DNA of 64,000 nt from Pyrodictiaceae archaeon (GTDB lineage: Archaea; Thermoproteota; Thermoprotei_A; Sulfolobales; Pyrodictiaceae). Position numbers and translations under genes: made by a program. Location of the stretch: the NCBI GenBank assembly GCA_027036135.1, contig JALVSY010000016.1, positions 448,001 to 512,000 on the forward strand, read 5' to 3'. Of this stretch, positions 30,236-39,250 are shown in pieces. The notes under the pieces are model-generated. The model made no database searches and was not told where the DNA came from. It saw only the letters and a list, made by a program, of their open reading frames with translations. Numbering within the stretch: the stretch's first letter is position 1; every line of letters starts with the position of its first letter.

Positions 30236-30646
30236 ATGAGCCATATAGATGAATATAAGGTTATGATTACTAGGAGTAGATGGTTCCTTGATCTAGCTAG
30301 AGAGGCGTATCGTAGGCAGCAATACGACTTAGCAGTATTTCTCGCCGAGCAAGCAGCACAGTTACGAGTAAAGGCAGCACTCATCCGCCTTGCCGGGCAC
30401 TATCCACGAGTTCATAGTATCCGGTTACTATTAGGAGAGCTAGCGAAGGCAAGCGGTAATGCGGGTAAGAAGATAATAGAGTTCATTAAGAATAATCGTT
30501 CTCTCTTATCAGAGCTAGAGGATGTTTATTTAATAGCAAGGTATGCCCCAAAACAGTACAGCCGCGAGGACGCCGATGACCTCATAACTATAGCAGAGAA
30601 AATCATCAAGCTTGTAGAGGAGACAGAGCGAGGCCAGGAGCATTGA
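30236..30646 (+). CDS. HEPN domain protein (pair 2)
   Basis: AEQAAQLRVKA, PRVHSIRLL, LEDVYLIARY. Confidence 0.9.
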   Translation: MSHIDEYKVMITRSRWFLDLAREAYRRQQYDLAVFLAEQAAQLRVKAALIRLAGHYPRVHSIRLLLGELAKASGNAGKKIIEFIKNNRSLLSELEDVYLIARYAPKQYSREDADDLITIAEKIIKLVEETERGQEH

Positions 30647-30975
30647 GCCTTGTCGTGGAGAGGGCTAGGATGCTAAGGGAATGGAGGAAATGGGTGCCGA
30701 GGGTAGTGGAGGTTATTAAGCAGCTATACCCTGATGCAGAGATCTACGTCATAGGCAGCGTGGCCGAGGGAACCTATACCGGGGCTAGCGACCTAGACCT
30801 CCTAGTAGTGACGAAGAACCCTCCAAGAACGCCCCGAGAAGAGGCGGAGGCGAAGACAAGGATAGAGGATCTAGCCAGCCTACCCATATACCACCCGCTC
30901 GAGATACACTTCGCGAGCCAAGAGGAGAAACAAAAGTGGCTCAAGTGGTCAAGGAAGACAATAAAACTAGCCTAG
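30643..30975 (+). CDS. Minimal nucleotidyltransferase (MNT, pair 2)
   Basis: VIGSVAEG...SDLDLLVV; 4-bp overlap with the HEPN gene. Confidence 0.9.
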   Translation: MSLVVERARMLREWRKWVPRVVEVIKQLYPDAEIYVIGSVAEGTYTGASDLDLLVVTKNPPRTPREEAEAKTRIEDLASLPIYHPLEIHFASQEEKQKWLKWSRKTIKLA

Positions 30976-31027
30976 CCCGCTACGAGGCAGCATCGCTAGT
31001 GATCGCTTCATAATATTTTGGTGATGT

Positions 31028-31126
31028 TGTGGGCCGCGGGGGAACCCGTCCCCCACCAGCAAGGGGCCCTTAGCGGCCCCAAGCCTGTCGGGAACGGTGC
31101 GGGGGCGACAAAGCCACCCGCGGCCC
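31028..31126. ncRNA. Candidate structured GC-rich ncRNA (H/ACA-like on the minus strand)
   Basis: 10-bp closing stem GGGCCGCGGG/CCCGCGGCCC; inner GGGGCC/GGCCCC hairpin; ACA directly after the stem on the minus strand. Confidence 0.5.
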
Positions 31127-31318
31127 CCCGAGTAAGCCCTAGGACATTGTCGCTCAATATAGTCTCTACCTTTCATAATTTTGCGGGAGTCATGTGAAAA
31201 CAATTTGTAATAGTTATTTATTGATTAAATATTAAGAAAATATAACGATATATATATATATATACCTTCAGCATTACTATACTCAATAATAGAAGGGTAT
31301 AAAGAGGTAGATTCAATA

Positions 31319-32089
31319 ATGCTTATAGGCAAGAAAACAATAGCCACAATAGTAATAGTGATGATAGGCATCACGTCACTCATAATACTTCATCCCTGGC
31401 GACACGGGCACAGCTCTAAGCACTATAAGGTCATAGCAATACCTTCTCTAGGAACACCTCAGGAGGCGTTTAGGGAAGGATATGTCTATGGCTACGTAGT
31501 GGGAAAGATTCTATCAATGAAGAATCCTACAGGAGGTCTGCTAAAGATAAAAGTTAAGATAACATATGTAGGGAACGCCTCAGCTCCCGAGGAGCTACTA
31601 GTAAAGCCAGTACTGGATAATGGCCTTGAGGTATCGCTCCCACCAGCTATGGCTAAAGAGATACTCATAAAGTATCAGAACAATGGTAAGGCGCTCCTAG
31701 ACCTATTGTTCCGCGGAGTAATATCCTTCGACCAAGACGTGGGTGGCAGAGTCTGGGTAGAACCATCAAGATTACTTAATGTTGCCTCGGAGAAACCTAT
31801 AATAGTTCATAGAAATAGCTCCGTAGTGGCAACAATACTTGTGAAACCCGCTAATTTATCACTAATAGAGCGCAAAATAGCTTGTAGCCTACTCAATGCA
31901 CGTTTATCAAGAATAGGAATTAGGGGCCCTATATCCATTGATTTCGAATTATTCAATGCAATCACGGGGAAACCTGCTGCGAGGAAGGGTATGAAACTAG
32001 TCTTATTAACATGGCCGATAAGCATTCCAGCAATACAAGTATATTATATAGCATGTATATATAACGAAGTTTATGGGGGTGGGAGGTAA
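31319..32089 (+). CDS. Membrane-anchored hypothetical protein, AT-rich coding
   Basis: KKTIATIVIVMIGITSLIIL anchor; TAATG overlap with the next gene. Confidence 0.7.
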   Translation: MLIGKKTIATIVIVMIGITSLIILHPWRHGHSSKHYKVIAIPSLGTPQEAFREGYVYGYVVGKILSMKNPTGGLLKIKVKITYVGNASAPEELLVKPVLDNGLEVSLPPAMAKEILIKYQNNGKALLDLLFRGVISFDQDVGGRVWVEPSRLLNVASEKPIIVHRNSSVVATILVKPANLSLIERKIACSLLNARLSRIGIRGPISIDFELFNAITGKPAARKGMKLVLLTWPISIPAIQVYYIACIYNEVYGGGR

Positions 32090-33072
32090 TGAAGACTGGA
32101 AATAAATATCACGCCCTCATTATTCTAATAGCTGTAATAGGATTAATCATGTTTAATACCATCTTCGTTACGATTGCTTATGCTGATAACGATCACTATT
32201 ATATAGGAGGATACTTTGTCCATAACGATGTTATAACCGCTACCAGGGCTATCATGGCTGCAAATATAATTTCTCTAAACCCATCGGATATACCACCTGG
32301 TAATACTTTTCAGATGGTGCTAAGCGTTGCTGGCGGCAATGATGGGGCTCCTAGTGGATGTGTTTACCAAAACTCTATCGAAGTACTCCATAACGGTACA
32401 GTCATTGTTGTGCCGCAAGTATGGAATGGCTCTACGCTACTCTCCTATAGGATAACTAATACTAATGTATCAACTGATGCTATTGCTTGGTATGTAGAGA
32501 TACGGGTTCCGGGTAATGGTATAGCTTCTATGTGGCTCTATACCTATGCTACGTGGATCGAGTATGAGTATAATGCTCCTGAAAAGTGTCATCAGGATTT
32601 CAGCCTTGCGGGAACAAATTGTAGGAACGATAAACTCCTTGTAGGCGTAGAGAAGCATGGTGATTACTATGTTAAGTTCCTGCAGTTCGGTATTGAGGCT
32701 AGTAGTCACGTGGGTAGCAGCAATAATGAGTGGGAGGTGCAGACTTATAGTATAGCCTATTATAGTAGGGGGGAATGGCATTATTTGCCTGCTAAATCAG
32801 TGCTTTCTTCAACATCAGCGATAACTTATACAAAATCCGGAGCCCTTATAATAGTAGGTGGCTTGGACTATAATAGTGTTAATATAGATAGAGCGTTTAC
32901 GTATAACGATGACGTGTTCTGGCACTATACTGGTGATACGTTGCCTTCGAATACGACGCTATGGAGTGGCTCCGGCAGTATGACGCCGTATCCTTATCAG
33001 CAATCATGGGTGTTTAGCCTGCCTCCTAGCCCTCTTGGTACTTTGCAGGAGCAAGGGAATAGAACAAAGTAA
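32089..33072 (+). CDS. Secreted beta-rich protein, possibly glutamic peptidase (G1/neprosin)-like
   Basis: Signal peptide ending IAYA; VYQNSI and LQFGIE as a possible Gln/Glu dyad (inference). Confidence 0.65.
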   Translation: MKTGNKYHALIILIAVIGLIMFNTIFVTIAYADNDHYYIGGYFVHNDVITATRAIMAANIISLNPSDIPPGNTFQMVLSVAGGNDGAPSGCVYQNSIEVLHNGTVIVVPQVWNGSTLLSYRITNTNVSTDAIAWYVEIRVPGNGIASMWLYTYATWIEYEYNAPEKCHQDFSLAGTNCRNDKLLVGVEKHGDYYVKFLQFGIEASSHVGSSNNEWEVQTYSIAYYSRGEWHYLPAKSVLSSTSAITYTKSGALIIVGGLDYNSVNIDRAFTYNDDVFWHYTGDTLPSNTTLWSGSGSMTPYPYQQSWVFSLPPSPLGTLQEQGNRTK

Positions 33073-33116
33073 GTGCAGAGACCCCAATTTTTATTTTTCT
33101 TGTATTGTTTTCCTTA

Positions 33117-33680
33117 TTAATATTTTAGTAGTTCTTGTAGTGCTTCTTCGTGCTCCTTGCTCCATTGTTTTCGTTGCTCTAGTTCGGGTTTTACGTGGTT
33201 CTTTATTATCTCTATGAGCTTGTCTAGTAGGATTATGATGTCCTTGGCTGCTTCTTCTCGGCTTCTGTACTTGCTTAGCTCCGCATCGGGATCGGGGCCG
33301 TGGTACTGGTAGTCGTGGAGGTCTAGGGCCTTGTCTGTTGCGAAGCTATAGCCCGGTACGTGTTTCTCTATTAGTTGTCCGAGGGCTTTGAGCCTGGTTG
33401 TTGGGATGCGTGTTATTGCTTTCTCCCTTATCCATTTTGTCTCCTTCTCGGGTAGGTTCTTTGTTATCTTGTCTATGTGGAGGGCTAGTATTGCTGCTGT
33501 TAGTGCTCTCCATGCCTGGAATGCCTTACCGGCTGCGTTCCTTGTATAGCCTTGCTCTAGGAATCTTAGGGCGAGGAGGGCCTCTAGCAGTGCTTCTAGT
33601 GCGCGTGCTGAGGCGTAGGCGGCTAGGTCTCTCCTGGGCTTTGGTAGTGGCTTCTCTAGTAGCTCTGGACTAGTAGTCAT
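33117..33680 (-). CDS. PaREP1 family protein
   Basis: GYTRNAAGKAFQAWRA, ALDLHDYQYHGPDPD. Confidence 0.88.
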   Translation of the reverse strand: MTTSPELLEKPLPKPRRDLAAYASARALEALLEALLALRFLEQGYTRNAAGKAFQAWRALTAAILALHIDKITKNLPEKETKWIREKAITRIPTTRLKALGQLIEKHVPGYSFATDKALDLHDYQYHGPDPDAELSKYRSREEAAKDIIILLDKLIEIIKNHVKPELEQRKQWSKEHEEALQELLKY

Positions 33681-33743
33681 CCCTGTTCCCGCTCTCTTAG
33701 TGCACGGGGTGCCTGGTTATACCCTTGTGCTCTACTCGCCGGG

Positions 33744-34904
33744 TTATTGTATCCTTGCTACGGGTGTTTTGCCGAAGTCTCCTATCTCTATCCATTCGCC
33801 TGGCTCCGCGTCCACGGCTACTATTCTTACTCCTAGTGGTTTCTCTTTGAGGTTGGCGGCAGTGGTTATCTCTGCTAGTATTGCTGCTGTTTTCTCCCTG
33901 GTCCATTGCCTCTTGGGTACTAGTACCATGTCTAGCCCTGCTACGCACGCATAGGTTAGGTGGAGGAGCTTGTAGATGTTTAGCTCGTTGCTCGCTACCC
34001 GCTCTTTCAGCACGTTGTCCTCTGCTACTGGTAGCATTACCTGGTTAAACCCGGTACAGGTGACGTCTAGGCATAGTTCCTCTATTAGCTCCTCTATCTC
34101 CCTAATAGTGGCTGCTACCCCTATCTCTCCTATCCTCTGCCCCGCTACCTGCTCTACTACCCTGGCTACGCTCTGCTCCATCCAGGGCGAGAGCGATAGG
34201 TCTAGGCCCCGGTACTCTAGGCCAAGCTCCTCAGCGATATCCATTAGGTTCTCCTCTAGCTCCACGGCTAGGTCGCTTACATCGTTAAAGCCCTCGTAGA
34301 GGTCTCTGCCCTCTAGCATCCTCGGGTAGAGCAGGGACGCGCTGAGCCCATGGACGGGTCCTAGGCTGGACCCCGCGGGGAAGTAGGGTGACTCGATGAA
34401 GCCGGGCACGGCTATAGCGAAGCGCGCTGCCTTGTCGGGGTGCCTCGCTACCTCGTAGAGTATCTTGGCGGCCTCCTCTATGGGTGCTGGTGTTGCTATG
34501 CTAGCGTAGACCCGGGGACCGAGCCCAAGTACCTCCAGCACCTGCCCGGGCCCAGCATCGACAGCCTCAGCGTGGAAGACGGAGTAGTAGACATCGGTGG
34601 CGAATGCGTCCCTAGCCTCCTTTAGTAGCTCAATGGTCTTGCTGGCTGGTAGGGGTGAGGGGGGAAGAGTTACACGTATACTATCTACGCGTAGCCCCAT
34701 CTTCTCCTCAACCAGCTTCGCGGCCCGCCTAGCCTTCTCGGTTGCACCCTCTATGACGCTGCGAAGAGTATCCCCGTCCCACTCGGGTACAGCTGCATGG
34801 ACAACTATGGCCCTTATCTCTGCCTTCTCTGGCCTCAACGCTGTCCAGGCCTCCGTTACCTTAGGGGCCGTGAACAGAAAATATGCCCCTCCCCCTGCTA
34901 CCAC
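33744..34904 (-). CDS. DUF711 family protein
   Basis: GLDLSLSPW, GFNQVMLPVAED, CVAGLDMV, KPLGVRI. Confidence 0.8.
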   Translation of the reverse strand: MVAGGGAYFLFTAPKVTEAWTALRPEKAEIRAIVVHAAVPEWDGDTLRSVIEGATEKARRAAKLVEEKMGLRVDSIRVTLPPSPLPASKTIELLKEARDAFATDVYYSVFHAEAVDAGPGQVLEVLGLGPRVYASIATPAPIEEAAKILYEVARHPDKAARFAIAVPGFIESPYFPAGSSLGPVHGLSASLLYPRMLEGRDLYEGFNDVSDLAVELEENLMDIAEELGLEYRGLDLSLSPWMEQSVARVVEQVAGQRIGEIGVAATIREIEELIEELCLDVTCTGFNQVMLPVAEDNVLKERVASNELNIYKLLHLTYACVAGLDMVLVPKRQWTREKTAAILAEITTAANLKEKPLGVRIVAVDAEPGEWIEIGDFGKTPVARIQ

Positions 34905-35064
34905 GTGTCGTAATGAAGGATGCTATGTTCTCGCATGGGCGCCGAGAAGAGCTTGCCCTACACTAATATATACTAGAATAAGTATAAATAACTATCCTCT
35001 ATCTAGGTATAGACCAAATACTTATGTACTAGATAATAGTATTGGTAATAAACGGTGAGTAGCT

Positions 35065-35502
35065 GTGGCCGAGAAACCGGTTAACCATGAGAGGCTGCAG
35101 AAGCTACAGGACGAGCTAAGAAGCCTCATAGCCCAGGCCGACCAGCTAAGAGCCCAAATAGACATAGTGAACGCGACGATACAGGACCTAGCAGCGAGCA
35201 TAGAGGTCCTAGACTATATAAAGAAGTATGGCGAGGGCAAGACCGTACTAGTACCGATAGGCGCTGGTAACTTCATACGCGCAAAGATAGAGAAACCAGA
35301 CAAGGTAATCATGGGTGTTGGCGGTAGGCTCAGCGTAGAAGTAGACATCGATGACGCGAGGAAAATGATAGAGGAGAGGATAGGCACACTCGAGAGCCTA
35401 AGACTAGACCTTCTAAGAAAGCTAGAAGAAGTTAATAGGAGAATCAACGAGATACTACCACAGGTAGAGCAACTAGCCCGCGAAGAAGAGAAGAAAGCCT
35501 AA
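35065..35502 (+). CDS. pfdA: Prefoldin alpha subunit
   Basis: Coiled coil - [15 protein letters not shown]...[12 protein letters not shown] (two beta-hairpins) - coiled coil. Confidence 0.92.
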   Translation: MAEKPVNHERLQKLQDELRSLIAQADQLRAQIDIVNATIQDLAASIEVLDYIKKYGEGKTVLVPIGAGNFIRAKIEKPDKVIMGVGGRLSVEVDIDDARKMIEERIGTLESLRLDLLRKLEEVNRRINEILPQVEQLAREEEKKA

Positions 35503-35599
35503 GAGAGCACATCGGCTTCGTAGAGCCTTTTGTAATGCTTTTTCCTCGCCAATTACCAATCCCCCATTTCTGTTTCTACTAAGTCTCTTGTAGAGGGGT

Positions 35600-35923
35600 A
35601 TGGAATTGAACAGCAGCGTGAGCGTTGAGAAGCTAGTCGAGGCTCTTAGGAGCCTTGAGGCCCTGCGAAGAGAAATAGTAGCTATTCGCTCACGGCTAGC
35701 CGAGATACGCGAGGCAAGGAAGATACTTGAGGAGAAGAAACCAGGCACCATTTTTCGGGAAATAGGGGGACTCGTAATCGAGGTAACCCTGGACGATGCG
35801 CTGAGCTATCTAAGGGACGAAGAGGAGCTACTAGAGACGAGACTCGCGAGGCTGGAGGCAGAGGAGAAGAAGCTCCGAGAAGAAATAGCTCGGCTCGAGA
35901 AGGAACTAGGGCTACGAAGATAA
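35600..35923 (+). CDS. pfdB: Prefoldin beta subunit-like
   Basis: Coiled coil - IFREIGGLVIEV (one hairpin) - coiled coil. Confidence 0.8.
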   Translation: MELNSSVSVEKLVEALRSLEALRREIVAIRSRLAEIREARKILEEKKPGTIFREIGGLVIEVTLDDALSYLRDEEELLETRLARLEAEEKKLREEIARLEKELGLRR

Positions 35924-35974
35924 GGCCCCCGGGGACTAGGTAATGTAGCAACGAGGAGTAAGTGAAGATTCTCC

Positions 35975-36050
35975 GTGATGTGGAGGGCTGTAGCCGCGTC
36001 ACTGATGGGCCGCTGAGCCCTCTCCCTGGGCGGTGACGTGGCGAGGGACA
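35975..36050. ncRNA. Candidate K-turn-containing structured RNA
   Basis: GCCGC-TGA-GCCC...GGGC-GGT-GA-C-GTGGC fits K-turn geometry; alternative stems exist. Confidence 0.3.
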
Positions 36051-36149
36051 ACCGAATCTCCGGGTCGTCCAGGGTTCTTGCATATTCCTTGGGGCTCTTG
36101 TCCCTAAATTTAGGGCTCCTTGTACTATGCTTAGTTCTGGGACCTGGTT

Positions 36150-36551
36150 GTGCCTAGGCGTTTCAGCGACTGGCTTCGACAAGCTAGGCGAAACCTCTTG
36201 TCTGCTGAAATTAATGCCCAGCACGGGCTCTACGAGGAAGCTTGTTACGAGTCTTACCAGGCAGCGGAGAAGGCGCTTAAGGCTCTCCTGCAATGGCTTG
36301 GCATAGAGAGGCGTGGCCATAGCCTCGTGTTTCTCATGCGTGAAGCCGAGGCCCGGGGCACCCGGGCTCCGGATAGTGTGAGGCGCTGTCTCTTCGCTCT
36401 CGATAAGCACTATATTCCTTCCCGCTACCCGGACGTGTATGACGAGGGTGCCCCTGCTGATTACTACACGGAGGATGATGCTAGGAGCTGTATTCAGTGT
36501 GCTAGAGAGGTCTTGGAGTGGGTAGAGAAGCTTGTTAAACAATCTATGTAA
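36150..36551 (+). CDS. HEPN domain protein (pair 3)
   Basis: YQAAEKALKA, RGHSLVFL, LDKHYIPSRYPD. Confidence 0.92.
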   Translation: MPRRFSDWLRQARRNLLSAEINAQHGLYEEACYESYQAAEKALKALLQWLGIERRGHSLVFLMREAEARGTRAPDSVRRCLFALDKHYIPSRYPDVYDEGAPADYYTEDDARSCIQCAREVLEWVEKLVKQSM

Positions 36552-36909
36552 CAAGTATAAGCGCTATAGGCCCAGACTTGTGGTACTCTTTGGCTCAAGG
36601 GCTCGAGGGGACTGGCTAGAACACAGCGACTACGACGTACTAGTCGTTGCTGATGAGCTACCAAGTGATCCACGCGAGGCCTTCGCAGTCCTCTATGATC
36701 CTAGAGAGCCTCTCGTAATGCCTATCGGTATTAGGAGTGATAGGTTTCTCGAGAGACTCAGCAGAGGGGACACATTTCTCCTAGAGGTAATAGAGGATGG
36801 GAAAATAATTTGTGCAGACAAGGGTTTCCTCGAGAAAGTCATGGAGGTCTACGAGAGGGTTAGGAAGCGTTTCACTCGACGAGGACGTGCATGGATAAGA
36901 CTTGGCTAG
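36532..36909 (+). CDS. Minimal nucleotidyltransferase (MNT, pair 3)
   Basis: LFGSRARGD...SDYDVLVV. Confidence 0.92.
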   Translation: MLNNLCNKYKRYRPRLVVLFGSRARGDWLEHSDYDVLVVADELPSDPREAFAVLYDPREPLVMPIGIRSDRFLERLSRGDTFLLEVIEDGKIICADKGFLEKVMEVYERVRKRFTRRGRAWIRLG

Positions 36910-36925
36910 CTTCTCTAGCTGTATA

Positions 36926-37053
36926 TTGTTCGCCTGGTACCTGTTACTTGGTCATGGACTTGGTTACTGATTTCTCGAACATTTGTTCGCATCTTCTTTC
37001 TATTACTTGATGGTTTGTTTGATTAGTTGTTCGTAGTATGTGTGTATTGTTCG
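36926..37053. promoter_or_regulatory. Repeated TTGTTCG motif with a CGAACA-TT-TGTTCG palindrome upstream of amt
   Basis: TTGTTCG at 36926, 36983, 37027 and 37047; palindrome at 36976-36989. Confidence 0.5.
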
Positions 37054-37115
37054 TTTTGTATGGTAAGGCTTTTATTTGCCTGTACAGCTCTGCTCCGTGT
37101 CTAGGTGCTGGGGTA

Positions 37116-38342
37116 GTGACTAGTGTATCTAGTGGCGATACTGCGTGGGTGCTGGCCTCAACGGCTCTAGTTATGCTTATGACGCCTGGCCTAGCACTGT
37201 TCTATGGCGGGCTTGTTCGGAGGAAGAATGTTCTCAGCGTTATGATGTACTGTCTCGGGGCCTATGCGGTCGTCTCTCTGGTCTGGGTGTTGCTGGGATT
37301 CTCGCTAGTCTTCGGCAGGGATCTCCACGGCTTCATAGGGAGCCTAGGGTATGCTGGCCTCCGCGGACTAGGCATTGGAACTGTGTGGCATGGGACACGT
37401 ATACCCGCTTTGGCTTTTGTCGGGTTCCAGTCAGTGTTCGCGGCCATAGCCACGGCTATCATAGCCTCCGCTATCGCCGAGAAGGGTAGGGTGGATTCGT
37501 GGCTCCTCTTCTCAGCGCTATGGGTGCTCCTCGTCTACAGTGTCATAGGTCACTGGCTATGGGGTGGTGGCTGGGCCTCTAGGCTCGGAGCAATAGACTT
37601 CGCCGGGGGCATGGTGGTCCACATCGCTAGCGGGTTCTCAGCACTAGCACTAGCTCTCGTCGCTGGTAAAAGGAGGGGCGTGAACAGCGTAGAGCCTGTT
37701 CCCCATAACTTGCCGCTCGTCTTGACGGGTACTGGTCTCCTATGGTTCGGGTGGCTAGGCTTCAACGCTGGCAGCGCCCTGGCGGCGAATGGTTTGGCAG
37801 CTAATGCTCTCCTGGTAACCAATATCGCTGCTAGCGCTGGTGGCCTGGCATGGGCGCTGGCAGCCTGGCTTAACCACGGTAGACCCGGGAGCGTTGCTTT
37901 CGCCAGCGGCGCTGTGGCGGGTCTCGTGGCTATAACGCCTGCGGCTGGCTATGTCGGGCCACTAGCAGCGATGCTTATTGGTGCTGTGGCTGGTATGTGG
38001 AGCTACTACTGGGTCTCCTACAGGATAAGGCACGGCCTAGACGAGGTCCTCGATGCCTGGGCTGTCCATGGCATGTCGGGTGTCTGGGGAAGCATAGCGA
38101 CAGCGATATTCGCTGACCCATCCGTGAACAGCGTCAAAGGCCTAATCTATGGCAACGTTCATCTCTTCCTAGCACAGCTCGCTGCCACAGCGGCTAGCAT
38201 TGCCTGGGCCTTCGCGGCATCGTATGCACTGGCCTGGCTAGTGGCGAAGACGCTGGGATGGAGGATACCAGAGCAAGCAGAGTACATAGGCCTAGACTTA
38301 TCAGAGCTCGGCGAGGAAGCCTACGAGACCCTACCAAGCTGA
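37116..38342 (+). CDS. amtB: Ammonium transporter
   Basis: LVMLMTPGLALFYGG, DFAGGMVVH, WFGWLGFNAGS, AVHGMSG; likely GTG start at 37116. Confidence 0.96.
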   Translation: MTSVSSGDTAWVLASTALVMLMTPGLALFYGGLVRRKNVLSVMMYCLGAYAVVSLVWVLLGFSLVFGRDLHGFIGSLGYAGLRGLGIGTVWHGTRIPALAFVGFQSVFAAIATAIIASAIAEKGRVDSWLLFSALWVLLVYSVIGHWLWGGGWASRLGAIDFAGGMVVHIASGFSALALALVAGKRRGVNSVEPVPHNLPLVLTGTGLLWFGWLGFNAGSALAANGLAANALLVTNIAASAGGLAWALAAWLNHGRPGSVAFASGAVAGLVAITPAAGYVGPLAAMLIGAVAGMWSYYWVSYRIRHGLDEVLDAWAVHGMSGVWGSIATAIFADPSVNSVKGLIYGNVHLFLAQLAATAASIAWAFAASYALAWLVAKTLGWRIPEQAEYIGLDLSELGEEAYETLPS

Positions 38343-38365
38343 GACGCTGCGGGGTGGCCCGGAGA

Positions 38366-38719
38366 GTGTCTAAGCTAGTTATAGCGTTCATCCGCTCAGA
38401 GAAGCTCGAAGCAGTCAAGAAGGCACTCGAGGCTATAGGCGTGCCGGGTATGACCGTGCTAGAGGTTCATGGCCGTGGCGAGGAGAAAGGCATAGAGCTA
38501 ACCTACCGGGGCAAAAGGATACACATCGACCTTATCCCAAGGATACAGCTAGAAGTCATAGTCGATGACGACTCCTTGGTAGATAGGGTCATCAACGCCA
38601 TCGCTGGGGCAGCTTATACGGGCAACCCTGGTGATGGCAGGATAATAGTGCTGGGTATTGAGAAGAGCTTACGCATCCGCGAGTACGGCGCGAAGCTATC
38701 TGCAGAGAAGCATGCCTAG
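38366..38719 (+). CDS. glnK: P-II nitrogen regulatory protein
   Basis: GMTVLEVHGRG, TGNPGDGRI, RIR; directly after amt; GTG start at 38354 or 38366. Confidence 0.93.
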   Translation: MSKLVIAFIRSEKLEAVKKALEAIGVPGMTVLEVHGRGEEKGIELTYRGKRIHIDLIPRIQLEVIVDDDSLVDRVINAIAGAAYTGNPGDGRIIVLGIEKSLRIREYGAKLSAEKHA

Positions 38720-39250
38720 CTCTACTTTGTTCCCAGGCTGTTGCCCAAGCTTAGCAATAGAGCCTCACAGACAGCTATGAGAGAGCTACTTGCGAGCTGA
38801 TAATTACGTCAGCTCCTAAGATCTGAGCAGTTGCTGATTCCGCTCTAGTGCTCCAGCCTCTATAGGGCCCATAAGCACTTATCGCTCTACTTACCCTTAT
38901 ACTACATAATCGTTGAGCGAGGCCTCGTAGAGCGTATAGCTCATGGCCTTGATAACAGTGCATCACTCGATTATCTCAGTAGCGGGCTTTATGGCAATTA
39001 TTCGTTCCCCGTACCTGCTCAACGACATGGTTCTGTTATGTTTAACTTGCTTTGTCCAAAGCCTAATGCCTACATGTGTACGCGGGACAAGAAAACCCAT
39101 ATACATGCAAGGAGCTTAAAAACGGAATAGGTTGAAAAACGAGTCCTGCACGAAGTCTATTTCTTTGAGGCAAGAATATGGAATATAATTTATACACGCG
39201 TTAAAAATATAAATGATATATTTGTTTAAAGCCCGTTCCGGGAATGAAGT

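Noticed and set aside
31060-31110. Cobalamin riboswitch, RNase P or SRP identity for the GC-rich element
   Set aside because: Only short resemblances (GCCCCCGCAC, AGCAAG); the other conserved cores and the expected length are missing
35682-36554. 290-aa minus-strand ORF and the many Ser/Leu-rich antisense ORFs (e.g. 9033-9641, 14634-15008, 44166-44513)
   Set aside because: Shadows of well-supported genes on the opposite strand
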